Assembly (NCBI GenBank): GCA_043803815.1
Contig: JAZDJR010000018.1
Location: 1-64,000, forward strand
Source of the DNA: Candidatus Micrarchaeota archaeon
GTDB lineage: Archaea; Iainarchaeota; Iainarchaeia; Iainarchaeales; JAGVWC01
Length of the DNA: 64,000 bases
Direction: 5' to 3'
Part shown: positions 53,934-63,329 of the stretch, in pieces
Layout of the letters: each line of letters begins with the position of its first letter
Position numbering within the stretch: the first letter of the stretch is position 1
Program-made: the position numbers and the translations under genes
The notes under the pieces: model-generated
The model's input: the letters and a program-made list of their open reading frames with translations, nothing else
What the model was told of the DNA's origin: nothing
Database searches by the model: none

Positions 53934-54068
53934 ATGTTTATGAAAGAACACAACATAATGGAAAACACTCAAATCACACCCGTCCAAAAAACGCAAAAAA
54001 TGGGACGGGCGACGGTTGACTTGGCCGTTCACACGATTGATTATCACCGGTCGTTTATAGCGTCATAA
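53934..54068 (+). CDS. Putative 44-aa micro-ORF
   Basis: MFMKEHNIMENTQITPVQKTQKMGRATVDLAVHTIDYHRSFIAS; fills the grpE-dnaK gap. Confidence 0.3.
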   Translation: MFMKEHNIMENTQITPVQKTQKMGRATVDLAVHTIDYHRSFIAS

Positions 54069-54154
54069 GTTAAAACTAAAATAAGTTAAATCCAAAAATA
54101 AATGGCAACAAAAAATTTAAATTAATAAAAAATAAATTTGAAAAAGCGGGGGAA

Positions 54155-56041
54155 ATGAACATGGCAAAAGAAAAGACGATAGGCGTAGATTTGGGAACAA
54201 GTAATTCTGCAGCATCAGTATTGGAAGCGGGGCGTTCGACCATTGTTCCAAGCGCGGAAGGAGTCACCGCGTATGGAAAAGCGTTTCCAAGCGTAGTGGC
54301 ATTTACCAAAGACGGGCAATTGCTGGTCGGCGAACCGGCCCGCCGGCAGGCGGTTAACAATCCCGACGGAACGGTTTTTGCGGCCAAGCGAAAAATGGGA
54401 ACTGATTATAAATACAAAATTATGGGAAAAGAATATACGCCGCAGCAAATCTCGGCTTTTATTCTGCAAAAAATCAAGCGCGACGCGGAAAGCTTTTTGG
54501 GCGTTCCGGTAAACAAAGCGGTCATTACCGTTCCCGCTTATTTTGACGACAACCAGCGCCAGGCCACCAAAGATGCGGGCCAAATCGCGGGCCTTGAAGT
54601 GGTGCGCATTATCAACGAGCCGACCGCGGCATCCTTGGCGTACGGCCTGGACAAGCAAACCAAAGACCACAAAATTCTGGTGTTTGATTTGGGTGGCGGA
54701 ACGCTGGATGTCACGATTATGGAATTCGGTCAGGGAGTTTTTGAGGTAAAATCCACGAGCGGAGATACGCAATTGGGCGGAACCGACATGGACAAATTAA
54801 TTCTTGACTATGTGGTCGCCGAATTCAAAAAACAGGAAGGCGTGGATTTGATGAAGGATTCGCGCGCGATTCAACGTCTCCGAGAAGCCTGCGAAAAAGC
54901 CAAAATTGAGTTATCAAGCGTACTTACGACTGAAATTAACCTGCCATATATTACCGCGGACCAAAACGGCCCAAAGCATTTGGCGGTTAATTTGACGCGC
55001 GCCAAACTCGAAGAAATCATCGGCCCATTGGTCAAGCGCTGCGAAGCGCCCGTCAACCATGCGCTTGCGGATTCAAAGCTTTCACCCGCGGACATTGACA
55101 AAATTATTCTGGTCGGCGGACCGACGCGCATGCCCGTCATTCAAAGCTTTGTTGAAAAAGTGGTGGGCAAAAAAGTCGAGCGCGGAGTCGACCCCATGGA
55201 ATGCGTAGCCATGGGCGCCGCGATTCAGGCGGGAGTTTTAGCGGGAGAAGTCAAGGATGTTTTGCTTTTGGACGTGACGCCGCTTTCTCTCGGAATAGAA
55301 ACTTTGGGCGGGGTTTTTACCAAATTAATCGAGCGCAACACGACCATTCCGACCAAAAAAAGCCAGATTTTCTCGACGGCCGCGGATAACCAGACCGCGG
55401 TTGACATTCATGTGCTGCAGGGAGAACGCCCCATGGCAGCCAGCAACAAAACCCTTGGAAGATTCCAATTGGTCGGAATTTTGCCCGCGCCGCGCGGAGT
55501 TCCGCAGGTGGAAGTGTCCTTTGATTTGGACGCGAACGGAATCGTCCACGTGGCAGCCAAGGATTTGGGTACCGGAAAAGAACAATCCATCAGAATTGTG
55601 GCTTCTCAAAAATTATCCGAAGACGAAATCGAGCGCATGAAAAAAGAAGCCGAAGCCCACGCGGAGGAGGACAAAAAATTCCGCGAAAAAACCGAAATTT
55701 TGAACACGGCGGACGCAACGACTTACGCGACCGACCAGATGCTGTCCGAAATGAAGGAAAAAATGAGCGGTCAAGAACTCGAGCAAATCAAAAAACAAAA
55801 CGACGAATTAAAGGAACTGCTCAAAACCGAACCCAAAGATGCGGACAAAATCAAATCAAAGCTGGATGAATTAAACCAAGTCGTGCAAAAAGCGGCCACC
55901 GAAGTATACAAAAAAGCAGGGGCAAGCGGCGGCAAGGGAGCGGGCGGTTCGAGTTCCGGTGCGAACCAATCCGGTTCGCGTTCGGATAATAAACCAGATG
56001 ACGATAACGTGGTAGACGCGGATTATAAGGTGGAAAAATAG
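54155..56041 (+). CDS. dnaK: Chaperone DnaK (Hsp70)
   Basis: [31 protein letters not shown]. Confidence 0.99.
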   Translation: MNMAKEKTIGVDLGTSNSAASVLEAGRSTIVPSAEGVTAYGKAFPSVVAFTKDGQLLVGEPARRQAVNNPDGTVFAAKRKMGTDYKYKIMGKEYTPQQISAFILQKIKRDAESFLGVPVNKAVITVPAYFDDNQRQATKDAGQIAGLEVVRIINEPTAASLAYGLDKQTKDHKILVFDLGGGTLDVTIMEFGQGVFEVKSTSGDTQLGGTDMDKLILDYVVAEFKKQEGVDLMKDSRAIQRLREACEKAKIELSSVLTTEINLPYITADQNGPKHLAVNLTRAKLEEIIGPLVKRCEAPVNHALADSKLSPADIDKIILVGGPTRMPVIQSFVEKVVGKKVERGVDPMECVAMGAAIQAGVLAGEVKDVLLLDVTPLSLGIETLGGVFTKLIERNTTIPTKKSQIFSTAADNQTAVDIHVLQGERPMAASNKTLGRFQLVGILPAPRGVPQVEVSFDLDANGIVHVAAKDLGTGKEQSIRIVASQKLSEDEIERMKKEAEAHAEEDKKFREKTEILNTADATTYATDQMLSEMKEKMSGQELEQIKKQNDELKELLKTEPKDADKIKSKLDELNQVVQKAATEVYKKAGASGGKGAGGSSSGANQSGSRSDNKPDDDNVVDADYKVEK

Positions 56042-56081
56042 CGTCGCAAGCGTTAAATCCAAGTAATTTCGTATTAAATTT

Positions 56082-56762
56082 ATGCCGCCAAAATCTGCTA
56101 CGCACGTTTGGAAGTCAGTTGCTGACGTGAAACGGGTTTGGTTTGTTCGCAAACAGGGCAAAGAAGTTACGTTAAATCAAGGCGGAGAAGCCCGAATCAT
56201 TTTGGGAAGGGTGCTGTTTAAAGACGGCAAAAGGCACCCTATCGCCATTAAATATTTTCACACCCCGATAAAAGATTCGGTCGCAGAAAGGTATACTGAG
56301 GTTATAGAAAAATTGCGCGCGGCCAAGGTGCGAACGGCAAAAATGGCAATGATGAAAATTCCAACCGAACGCTCGCCCAATGGCGAGTGGGTTCAAATAT
56401 CCGAAGCGTTCGGTTCTAATTTTAATAAAATAAAACTAAATCCCGCATTATGGGGCGATCTTCAAACTATTCAACAAAAAACAGCCGCCATGACAGAACT
56501 GTGTAAGATAGCAAAAGCCGGATTGTATCCCGCAATCGATGCGATTGAAGGAATCCAAGGTAAAAACGAAGCAATAGTTGTCGATATAGGGAGTTTAATT
56601 AAATTGCGAACACCCGCAAGATGCGCTCAAGGGCTGTTTTTTGCGATTTCAATGATGACCGCAGACATTCACGAGCGCAGCCAATTAATTCAATATGTAA
56701 GCCAGTCCATTAGAACTAATCCGGAATTATTTGAACCATGGAAAACATTAATAGCAAAATAG
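56082..56762 (+). CDS. Hypothetical protein, protein-kinase-like fold
   Basis: QGGEARI G-loop-like, IAIK, QISE, YPAID, VVDIG segments; AT-rich; between dnaK and dnaJ. Confidence 0.7.
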   Translation: MPPKSATHVWKSVADVKRVWFVRKQGKEVTLNQGGEARIILGRVLFKDGKRHPIAIKYFHTPIKDSVAERYTEVIEKLRAAKVRTAKMAMMKIPTERSPNGEWVQISEAFGSNFNKIKLNPALWGDLQTIQQKTAAMTELCKIAKAGLYPAIDAIEGIQGKNEAIVVDIGSLIKLRTPARCAQGLFFAISMMTADIHERSQLIQYVSQSIRTNPELFEPWKTLIAK

Positions 56763-56777
56763 TGAAGTGAATATCAC

Positions 56778-57929
56778 ATGTCTGAAAAACGCGATTATTA
56801 CGACGTGCTGGGCCTTTCCAAGAGCGCTGGCGCGGATGACGTGAAGTCGGCGTATAAACGTTTGGCCAAAGAATATCATCCCGATGTTTCCAAAGACCCG
56901 AAAGCCAAGGAAAAGTTCCAGGAAGTTTTGGAAGCGTATTCGGTTTTAAGCGACGGCCAAAAACGGCAGAATTACGACCAGTTCGGACATGCGGCGGAAG
57001 GATTCTCGGGTTATTCAGGCGGCGGATTCGGGGGATTTGGCGGAGCGGGAATGGATTTTGATTTTTCGGAATTGTTTGAAAACTTCGGCGGCTTTGAAGG
57101 GTTCGGTTCTTTTGCGGATATTTTTGGCGGCCAAAGCCGGCGTTCCCGCGGTTCCGCGGCGGGAGAAAACCTGCGGGTGGACTTAATGATAAGTTTGCGC
57201 GACGCCGCTAGCGGCGCTTCAAAAGAAATTGAAGTGCACAGAACCGAAAAATGCGAATCGTGCAGCGGAAGCGGTTCGGAACAAGGAAGTTCCCGCGAAA
57301 CCTGTTCCACGTGCCGCGGGCACGGAGTGGTGCAAAACAGCCAGCGCACGCCGTTCGGGATTTTCAGCGTTCAAACCACCTGTCCCAAGTGCAAAGGACA
57401 AGGAACAGTCATCAAAAACCCGTGCAAGATTTGCAAGGGAAAAGGAATTCAAAAAAATTCGCGCAAAATCGAGGTCCGGATTCCCGCGGGAATCGAAACC
57501 GGAATGCACCTGCGCTTGAACGAGGAAGGAAATGCAAGCTCAAGCGGCGGAAAAAACGGGGACTTGTTTGTGGTTGTTTTTGTGGAAACCGACGAAGTGT
57601 TCAAGCGCGACGGAGTGGACTTATTCGTCGAATCGGCGTTGTCGTTTGCGGAAGCCGCTTTGGGAACCAACCTGCGTGTCCCGACTTTGAACGGCCATGC
57701 GTCCGTAAAAATTCCGGCTGGAACGCAAACCGGAACGATTTTTCGCTTAAAAGGCGAAGGCGTCAAGGACCTGAAAACCGGGCGCAAAGGCGACGAGTTT
57801 GTCAAAGTCATGGTCGTGACGCCGTCCAAATTGTCCAAAGAAGAGCGGGAGCTGTTTGAAAAACTCGGCAAAAACGGGGTTGCCCAAAAACGCGAAGGGA
57901 TTTTTGACAAGCTGAAAAAAGGGCTGTGA
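56778..57929 (+). CDS. dnaJ: Chaperone DnaJ
   Basis: HPD J-domain, G/F-rich region, four CxxCxGxG repeats. Confidence 0.99.
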   Translation: MSEKRDYYDVLGLSKSAGADDVKSAYKRLAKEYHPDVSKDPKAKEKFQEVLEAYSVLSDGQKRQNYDQFGHAAEGFSGYSGGGFGGFGGAGMDFDFSELFENFGGFEGFGSFADIFGGQSRRSRGSAAGENLRVDLMISLRDAASGASKEIEVHRTEKCESCSGSGSEQGSSRETCSTCRGHGVVQNSQRTPFGIFSVQTTCPKCKGQGTVIKNPCKICKGKGIQKNSRKIEVRIPAGIETGMHLRLNEEGNASSSGGKNGDLFVVVFVETDEVFKRDGVDLFVESALSFAEAALGTNLRVPTLNGHASVKIPAGTQTGTIFRLKGEGVKDLKTGRKGDEFVKVMVVTPSKLSKEERELFEKLGKNGVAQKREGIFDKLKKGL

Positions 57930-57983
57930 TTTGGAATGAAATTTTTGTAAGCCGCCGAAAAATGTGCCAGTCGGTAAATCGAT

Positions 57984-58454
57984 TCAGTTTTTTTGCAGTT
58001 CGTCCAGTATGAACCGAATCAGGTCGGTTGTAATGTAAAGCGTGGAATGAGTTTTGAGTTTTTGGACATATTCAACGGTTTGTTTTTTTGAAAATATTTT
58101 TTTTTTGTATGCTTTGAGTAAAATTCCAACGGTTCCGTGAGGCTCCAAATCGAATTGTTCGGCAGTAGTGCGCGCATCCAAGTCGTCCGTCAAAAAAAGC
58201 GGGATTTTTTCGGTTTTGGCGAGCGCGATGCATTCGCTTTCCCCAAGGCCCAGTGCAAACTCGTTTTGAAGAATTTGCACCAAATCGGTTTCAAAACCGG
58301 ATTTAATTTTTACAAAATTGGGAATCTGCCGAACTTCTTCTTGGACCGCGGGCGGGCTGACGCAATCAAAAATAGAAAGTGCGGCTACAGCCCCGATTTC
58401 GTTAAGGTGAATCAACGGCCCCGAGTCCACGACGGCTTTTATCTTAGGCCCCAT
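57984..58454 (-). CDS. PIN-domain protein (DUF3368-like toxin)
   Basis: VVDSGPLIHL, LGLGESE.I.LA, LTDD..AR, GTVGIL. Confidence 0.88.
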   Translation of the reverse strand: MGPKIKAVVDSGPLIHLNEIGAVAALSIFDCVSPPAVQEEVRQIPNFVKIKSGFETDLVQILQNEFALGLGESECIALAKTEKIPLFLTDDLDARTTAEQFDLEPHGTVGILLKAYKKKIFSKKQTVEYVQKLKTHSTLYITTDLIRFILDELQKN

Positions 58455-58624
58455 GCAACATCCTCTTTAATGGCCGCGGCCAGCCGTTCGGATTTCATTT
58501 TTCGAACCAGTTCGCGCACGCCGTCGCGGATGACTTCGCTTCGGTTGGCATACCATCCGCTTTCAATCAACTCATCGATTTCTTGCACGAGTTTAGGCGT
58601 TATTTTAGCGGGAATCGTATCCAT
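58439..58624 (-). CDS. CopG/RHH antitoxin
   Basis: IDELIESGWYANRSEVIRDGVR; overlaps the PIN gene. Confidence 0.88.
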   Translation of the reverse strand: MDTIPAKITPKLVQEIDELIESGWYANRSEVIRDGVRELVRKMKSERLAAAIKEDVAWGLR

Positions 58625-58638
58625 CGGTTCACCTCATA

Positions 58639-58658
58639 AGTATCACCAGGGTAATACT
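58639..58658. promoter_or_regulatory. Putative RHH operator
   Basis: AGTATCACC-AG-GGTAATACT (8 of 9 positions match) upstream of the antitoxin. Confidence 0.5.
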
Positions 58659-58780
58659 ATAAAAGAATATCGAATGGCAACACTTCGGCAGGCCAAAACG
58701 CGGCAGCCTCTTTGACAAATTAAAAAAAGGGTTTAACCGAAAAAACCTTTAAATAAACGATTTTCCTTTGTTTTGCGGTT

Positions 58781-59335
58781 ATGAAAGCCGTTTTCGGTCT
58801 GGTTTTAGTGCTTATTTTATTGACGGCGGGCTGCGTCCAAAGCGGCGGTTTTTCGGGAAATTACCGGGAGTTCAAGGCCGCGTTGGAGCGCAACGGGACA
58901 AACGAAACCGTTTTATTGCCCCCTACTTTGGAACAACTGCGCGGCCTTCAAATCGAATTATTCGGATTGCAATCCGCGGTTGAACAGCAGGCAAGCGGAC
59001 AGGACAAGGAAGCCTCTTTGGCTTTGCTTGATTTGGAAGGCGATTTGGTGAACATGCAGGAAAATTATTTTTTGGGAACCGAACAGACCCAGTTTGTCAA
59101 TTACGCTTTTTTGTCATGCGACTCCAAAAGCAACATTAAGCGCGCCACGGCATTTTTTGACAAGGCCGGGCAGCGGGCGGATTTGGCGGCCAAAAAAAGC
59201 GGCGCATTTGCGATTAATTACAAAAATTTTGCGGACCAGACTCCGATTGATTTTTCCAATCTTTCGGCTTTGGTCAACCGGTCCAAAGCCCTGTTTTCAA
59301 ACCTGAAAGGCCAGGCGCAAAAGTTTTGCCAGTAG
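58781..59335 (+). CDS. Putative lipoprotein
   Basis: Signal peptide with lipobox LTAGC; helical mature part. Confidence 0.8.
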   Translation: MKAVFGLVLVLILLTAGCVQSGGFSGNYREFKAALERNGTNETVLLPPTLEQLRGLQIELFGLQSAVEQQASGQDKEASLALLDLEGDLVNMQENYFLGTEQTQFVNYAFLSCDSKSNIKRATAFFDKAGQRADLAAKKSGAFAINYKNFADQTPIDFSNLSALVNRSKALFSNLKGQAQKFCQ

Positions 59336-59342
59336 GGAAAAA

Positions 59343-59966
59343 ATGAAAGACGAATTGCTTTTCTTTGGTGCGGAAGCCGAAATTCACCAAACTGTTTTTT
59401 TAGGCTTGCCGGCGGCTTACAAAAAGCGCATTTTGAAAAATTACCGCGAAAAAAAACTGGACGACAAAATCCGGTTTCAGCGGATGCAAACCGAAGTGAA
59501 TCTGCTGCATAAAGCCAAAGCCGCGGGGGTGCGAACCCCGGTTGTATATGGGGTTGACAAAAAAAACGCGGGTTTTTGGATGGAATTTTTGGCAGGAAAG
59601 CGGCTCAAAGACGAACTAAATAAAAAAAAGCCGAGATTAAGCGGCTTTGCGTTGTGTTCACGAGCCGGTGAAATGATTGCGTTTTTGCATCAGAAAGGCT
59701 TGGTTCATGGGGATTTGACCACCAGCAATTTTATGGCAAGCCAAAACGAACTGGTTTTGTTCGATTTTGGATTGGGTTTTTTTTCGGAAAAAACCGAGGA
59801 TTTGGCAACCGACCTTTTGAACCTAAAAAAAACGTTTGGCGCCACGCACCCCGACCGCGAAAAAGAGTGGGAAAAACTGCTGGATTCCTACCAAAAAAAT
59901 TTTGTTTCGGGAAAAAAAGTCGTCGGACAACTGGCCAAAATCGAAAGCCGCGGCCGCTATTACTGA
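59343..59966 (+). CDS. bud32: KEOPS kinase Bud32
   Basis: GAEA, K.R..K.YR, HGDLTTSN, DFGL, RGRY. Confidence 0.97.
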   Translation: MKDELLFFGAEAEIHQTVFLGLPAAYKKRILKNYREKKLDDKIRFQRMQTEVNLLHKAKAAGVRTPVVYGVDKKNAGFWMEFLAGKRLKDELNKKKPRLSGFALCSRAGEMIAFLHQKGLVHGDLTTSNFMASQNELVLFDFGLGFFSEKTEDLATDLLNLKKTFGATHPDREKEWEKLLDSYQKNFVSGKKVVGQLAKIESRGRYY

Positions 59967-59987
59967 TTTGTTCGGTTTTGGTTTTTT

Positions 59988-60341
59988 TTATTTCAGGCAC
60001 AGCAGGTGTTCGGCTCCGGGCAGTACGATGACGCCTTTGGTCGCGAAAAAACCCGCGAGTATGAGCATAAGAACCAGCCAGACCCAAAACGAAATCGCGA
60101 TTTCTTTTTGTTTTTCCCCGAAATCCAAATGGGCTTGTTTGCTGACCAGTAACCGGACTAGTAGGACTACGAGCGGAAATCCAAGCAATCCCAGATAGGC
60201 GACAAAAGGAAGCAAAAACAGCAGATTTTGGGGGCAAACGCGGCCGCTGGCGGCCAGCCACAGCCAATAGGCCGACAAAACAAGGGAGAACAAAATCGGA
60301 ATTAAAAGCAAAATGCGCAGTTTTAGGGAACCTTTGGCCAT
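59988..60341 (-). CDS. Hypothetical three-TM membrane protein
   Basis: Three hydrophobic segments; two Cys predicted on the same side. Confidence 0.65.
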   Translation of the reverse strand: MAKGSLKLRILLLIPILFSLVLSAYWLWLAASGRVCPQNLLFLLPFVAYLGLLGFPLVVLLVRLLVSKQAHLDFGEKQKEIAISFWVWLVLMLILAGFFATKGVIVLPGAEHLLCLK

Positions 60342-60390
60342 GGAATCACGAGTTTAAGCAATCTATTTAAACCTTTTTAGGGAATAATAA

Positions 60391-60466
60391 CTCATCGTTT
60401 TGTAAAACTGGCTGTTTTGCACCTATTAGGGCAAATCGGCAAAAAAACTGTTGATTCTTTTTTGAG
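60391..60466 (+). promoter_or_regulatory. Structured 5' leader of rps15
   Basis: Hairpin GCTGTTTTGCACCT-ATT-AGGGCAAATCGGC (60411-60440); CTCA can pair with TGAG of the RBS. Confidence 0.5.
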
Positions 60467-60475
60467 GAATTGGTT

Positions 60476-60976
60476 GTGAAAAAAGCGGAAAGCGTAAACG
60501 CGGCGGCGGCGGAAACTCCGGTAAGCCAAGCGGCTGAAAAGCCGGCCAAAAAAGCCAAAAGCCCGAAGTCCGCGAAAGCCGCTTCAAAAAATGCTTCCGA
60601 ATTTTCGGCCAGCGAAGTCCATGAAATGGTTTTGGCTTTGGCCAATCAGGGGTATTCGGGTTCGCAAATCGGCGCCTTGCTTCGCGACCAGCATCATATT
60701 TTTAGCGTTCGGGAAATAACCCAAAAGCCGATTGCGCAGATTTTGTCGGAAAACAAGCTTATCGGTGATGTGCCAGAGGATTTATTGGCTTTAATCCGAA
60801 GAGTTATCCACTTGGATAAGCATTTGGCGGAAAACAAAAAGGATTTTTCGGCCAAGCGCGGTTCCCAATTGACGGTTTCCAAAATCCGGCGCCTTGTCAA
60901 GTATTACCACAAAACAAAGCAGCTACCCAAAGACTGGCATTATAGCATTGAAACTGCGCGCTTATTGGTGAAGTAA
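60476..60976 (+). CDS. rps15: 30S ribosomal protein uS15
   Basis: SQIG..LRD, PEDL..LI, SKIRRLVKYY; GTG start (alternative TTG 60470). Confidence 0.96.
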   Translation: MKKAESVNAAAAETPVSQAAEKPAKKAKSPKSAKAASKNASEFSASEVHEMVLALANQGYSGSQIGALLRDQHHIFSVREITQKPIAQILSENKLIGDVPEDLLALIRRVIHLDKHLAENKKDFSAKRGSQLTVSKIRRLVKYYHKTKQLPKDWHYSIETARLLVK

Positions 60977-60986
60977 AGGTGAAATT

Positions 60987-61637
60987 ATGCCCGCAATGAT
61001 TGAAGAAGCCGGTGTTTCCAAGGACGCCAAGGAAAAGAAAGGCAAAAAAATTGTCAAGCGAAAAACCGTCGACAAGTGGAAGAAAAAAAAATGGTTCACG
61101 CTGATTGCCCCCGATTTTTTTGACAAGCAAATTTTGGGCGAAACTCCGGCTGAAGAAGACGAAATGGTCCGAAACCGCGTTATCCGCTTAAGCGCCGCGG
61201 AAGTAACCAAGCAGCCCAAATTCGGCCACGTGAGCCTGAGTTTTAAGGTGAACGGCGTTTCAGGCCAAAAAGCGCAGACGATTTTTGTCGGCCACGAGAT
61301 GCAGGAAGGGTATATACGGCGTTTGGTCCGGCGGCGCTCGAGCAAAATTACGGTTGTTCAAACCGTCACCACCAAAACCGGCGAAAAGCTTCGCGTGAAA
61401 GCCGTTGCTTTTACGAACCGAAAAGCGACCGGCCCGCAGGAAACCGAAATCCGAAAGCGAATGGAAAAAGAAATGGCGGATGCCGCCCAAAAAAAAGAGT
61501 TCGGACAGTTTGTGCAGGAACTTATTTTCGGCAACGCTTCCAGCGGCTTATTCAAGGTCATCAAGCCGATTATTCCGATTAAGCGCGTGGAAATTCAAAA
61601 GTCGCAGCTTATCGAAGAAAAAAACAAAGCGGGTTAA
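60987..61637 (+). CDS. rps3ae: 30S ribosomal protein eS1 (S3ae)
   Basis: DKWKKKKW...AP..F, GHE....YIRRLVRR..SK, PI.RVEI.KS. Confidence 0.97.
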   Translation: MPAMIEEAGVSKDAKEKKGKKIVKRKTVDKWKKKKWFTLIAPDFFDKQILGETPAEEDEMVRNRVIRLSAAEVTKQPKFGHVSLSFKVNGVSGQKAQTIFVGHEMQEGYIRRLVRRRSSKITVVQTVTTKTGEKLRVKAVAFTNRKATGPQETEIRKRMEKEMADAAQKKEFGQFVQELIFGNASSGLFKVIKPIIPIKRVEIQKSQLIEEKNKAG

Positions 61638-61648
61638 ACGGTTTTGGA

Positions 61649-62323
61649 ATGACCTCTATTTGGGAAGCCGGGCTTGTTCTTATTTTTTTGGTCCTGTTTT
61701 CGTACGCTTCGTACAAAAAACGCTGGCTGGACAACGAAGGCATTCTCATCGGCTGGATTTTGGGGCTGAGCATTTTTTTGCTTGGCGACTCGCCGGCCTT
61801 TGTAACGCTTTTGGTTTTTTTTGCTGTGGGCGAAGCCGCAACGCATTTTGTCAAAAGCCACAAAAAATGGCACCCCCAGCGCTCGACGGTTAATATTTTG
61901 GGAAACGCGTTGGCCGCAATTGTCGCCTTGCTTTTGCAGTCGCCGCTTGGTTTTTTTGCCGCGATTTCGGCGTCTTTGGCGGACACCATGTCCAGCGAAA
62001 TCGGCTGCACGTCAAGTGAAAAGCCGGTTTTGATTACGACGTTTAAGCCGGTGGAAACCGGAGTTGACGGCGCGGTCAGCAAAAAAGGATTGCTTGCGGC
62101 GGTGCTGGGCTCTTTGGTCATTGCGGCCTGCGCTTTGGTTTTTGGCCAGTCTTGGGGCCATATTTTGATTATTATTTTTGCGGGAATTTTCGGAAGCCTG
62201 TTGGATAGTTTGCTTGGCGCTACTGTTCAAAAGCGCGGCTGGATGGATAACAACGAAGTCAATTTTTTTTCCAGCGCAATGTCCGCATTGATCGCGGTAA
62301 TGGTTTTAGCCCCGATTTTGTAA
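61649..62323 (+). CDS. DUF92/TMEM19-family membrane protein
   Basis: R...N...N, ADT.SSEIG, G.DGAVS..G, DS.LGAT, N..VN. Confidence 0.93.
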   Translation: MTSIWEAGLVLIFLVLFSYASYKKRWLDNEGILIGWILGLSIFLLGDSPAFVTLLVFFAVGEAATHFVKSHKKWHPQRSTVNILGNALAAIVALLLQSPLGFFAAISASLADTMSSEIGCTSSEKPVLITTFKPVETGVDGAVSKKGLLAAVLGSLVIAACALVFGQSWGHILIIIFAGIFGSLLDSLLGATVQKRGWMDNNEVNFFSSAMSALIAVMVLAPIL

Positions 62324-62371
62324 CCCGCTTGGATTAAATGCGTTTTTGTATAAACAGATAAAAGTGAAACC

Positions 62372-62881
62372 ATGAATTGGTGGCTGGCTGCAGTCGTATT
62401 GGTTTTGCCGATGTATTTTGCCAATTCCAGCGCCATGATTTTTGGCGGAAAAACCCCGCTGGATTTGGGGTATAACGCATGGGATGGCCGGCGCTTTTTT
62501 GGCAAGGGAAAGACTTTCAAGGGAACTTTTTTCGGCATTTTTTTCGGGACTTTGTCCGCCGTGATTATTTCGTATTTGTTTCCCGAGACTACGCTAGAAA
62601 TGACCAAAAATTATGTCTTCCTCGGCTTTGCGGTTTCGGTCGGCGCAATCGTCGGCGACCTCGCGGGCAGTTTTGCCAAGCGCAGGATGGGCTTTGAAAG
62701 CGGCTCCGAAGTTTTGGGTCTTGACCAGCTCAATTTTTTGGTCGGTGGAATCGCCTTGGGCTGGATTTTTTTTGTTCCTTCCATTGAACAGCTTGTTTTT
62801 TTGGCCGTTTTGACCGTGCTGGTTCACCGTTTGGCCAACTGGATTGCGTTTAAAACCAAACTCAAAAAAGTGCCGTGGTAA
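62372..62881 (+). CDS. carS: CDP-archaeol synthase
   Basis: P.Y.AN, G..PLD, DGRR.FG.GKT, GDL.GSF.KRR.G, DQL.F, K.VPW. Confidence 0.95.
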   Translation: MNWWLAAVVLVLPMYFANSSAMIFGGKTPLDLGYNAWDGRRFFGKGKTFKGTFFGIFFGTLSAVIISYLFPETTLEMTKNYVFLGFAVSVGAIVGDLAGSFAKRRMGFESGSEVLGLDQLNFLVGGIALGWIFFVPSIEQLVFLAVLTVLVHRLANWIAFKTKLKKVPW

Positions 62882-62885
62882 AAAC

Positions 62886-63329
62886 ATGCGCCGCTGGCTA
62901 AGACAAAAATGGGGTTCGTTTTTGGCCAATCACCGCCAAAAAAAGCAGGAACGTGCACAACCGGCGCGGTTTGTCCCGACCGAGCGGTTTAATTTTTTGT
63001 TCAGAGAAATCGAGCGGCTGCATCTTCGGCTTCCCGAAAACGGACAAAGTGTGCTTTACCGGTTAAACGATAACGACTTGTCGCAGATTATTGCGGTTTG
63101 TTTTCCGGATAGCCATCCGTAGCAGCTTTCAAAGCCGCTGACCCCTAAAATTTTGGAAAACCGGCAATGGATGCTGGATGGGGCCCTCAGTTTTTTTGAG
63201 CGGCAATTGCAGGGGGAAGCGCCTGTGCCCCTGAATAAACCGGGTGTGTCTTACAGCGACCCGCTGCATTCGTATGTGCTGGAGTTTGCCAAACGACAAC
63301 GGGTTTTGAAAAAAATGTCATTCGACTAG
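62886..63329 (+). pseudogene. Hypothetical ORF interrupted by one in-frame TAG (63120-63122)
   Basis: Frame stays open for 68 more codons after the TAG, ending at TAG 63327-63329 within the convergent gene. Confidence 0.55.

Noticed and set aside
62886-63329. Genome-wide stop codon reassignment
   Set aside because: TAG, TGA and TAA all end conserved genes at their expected positions.
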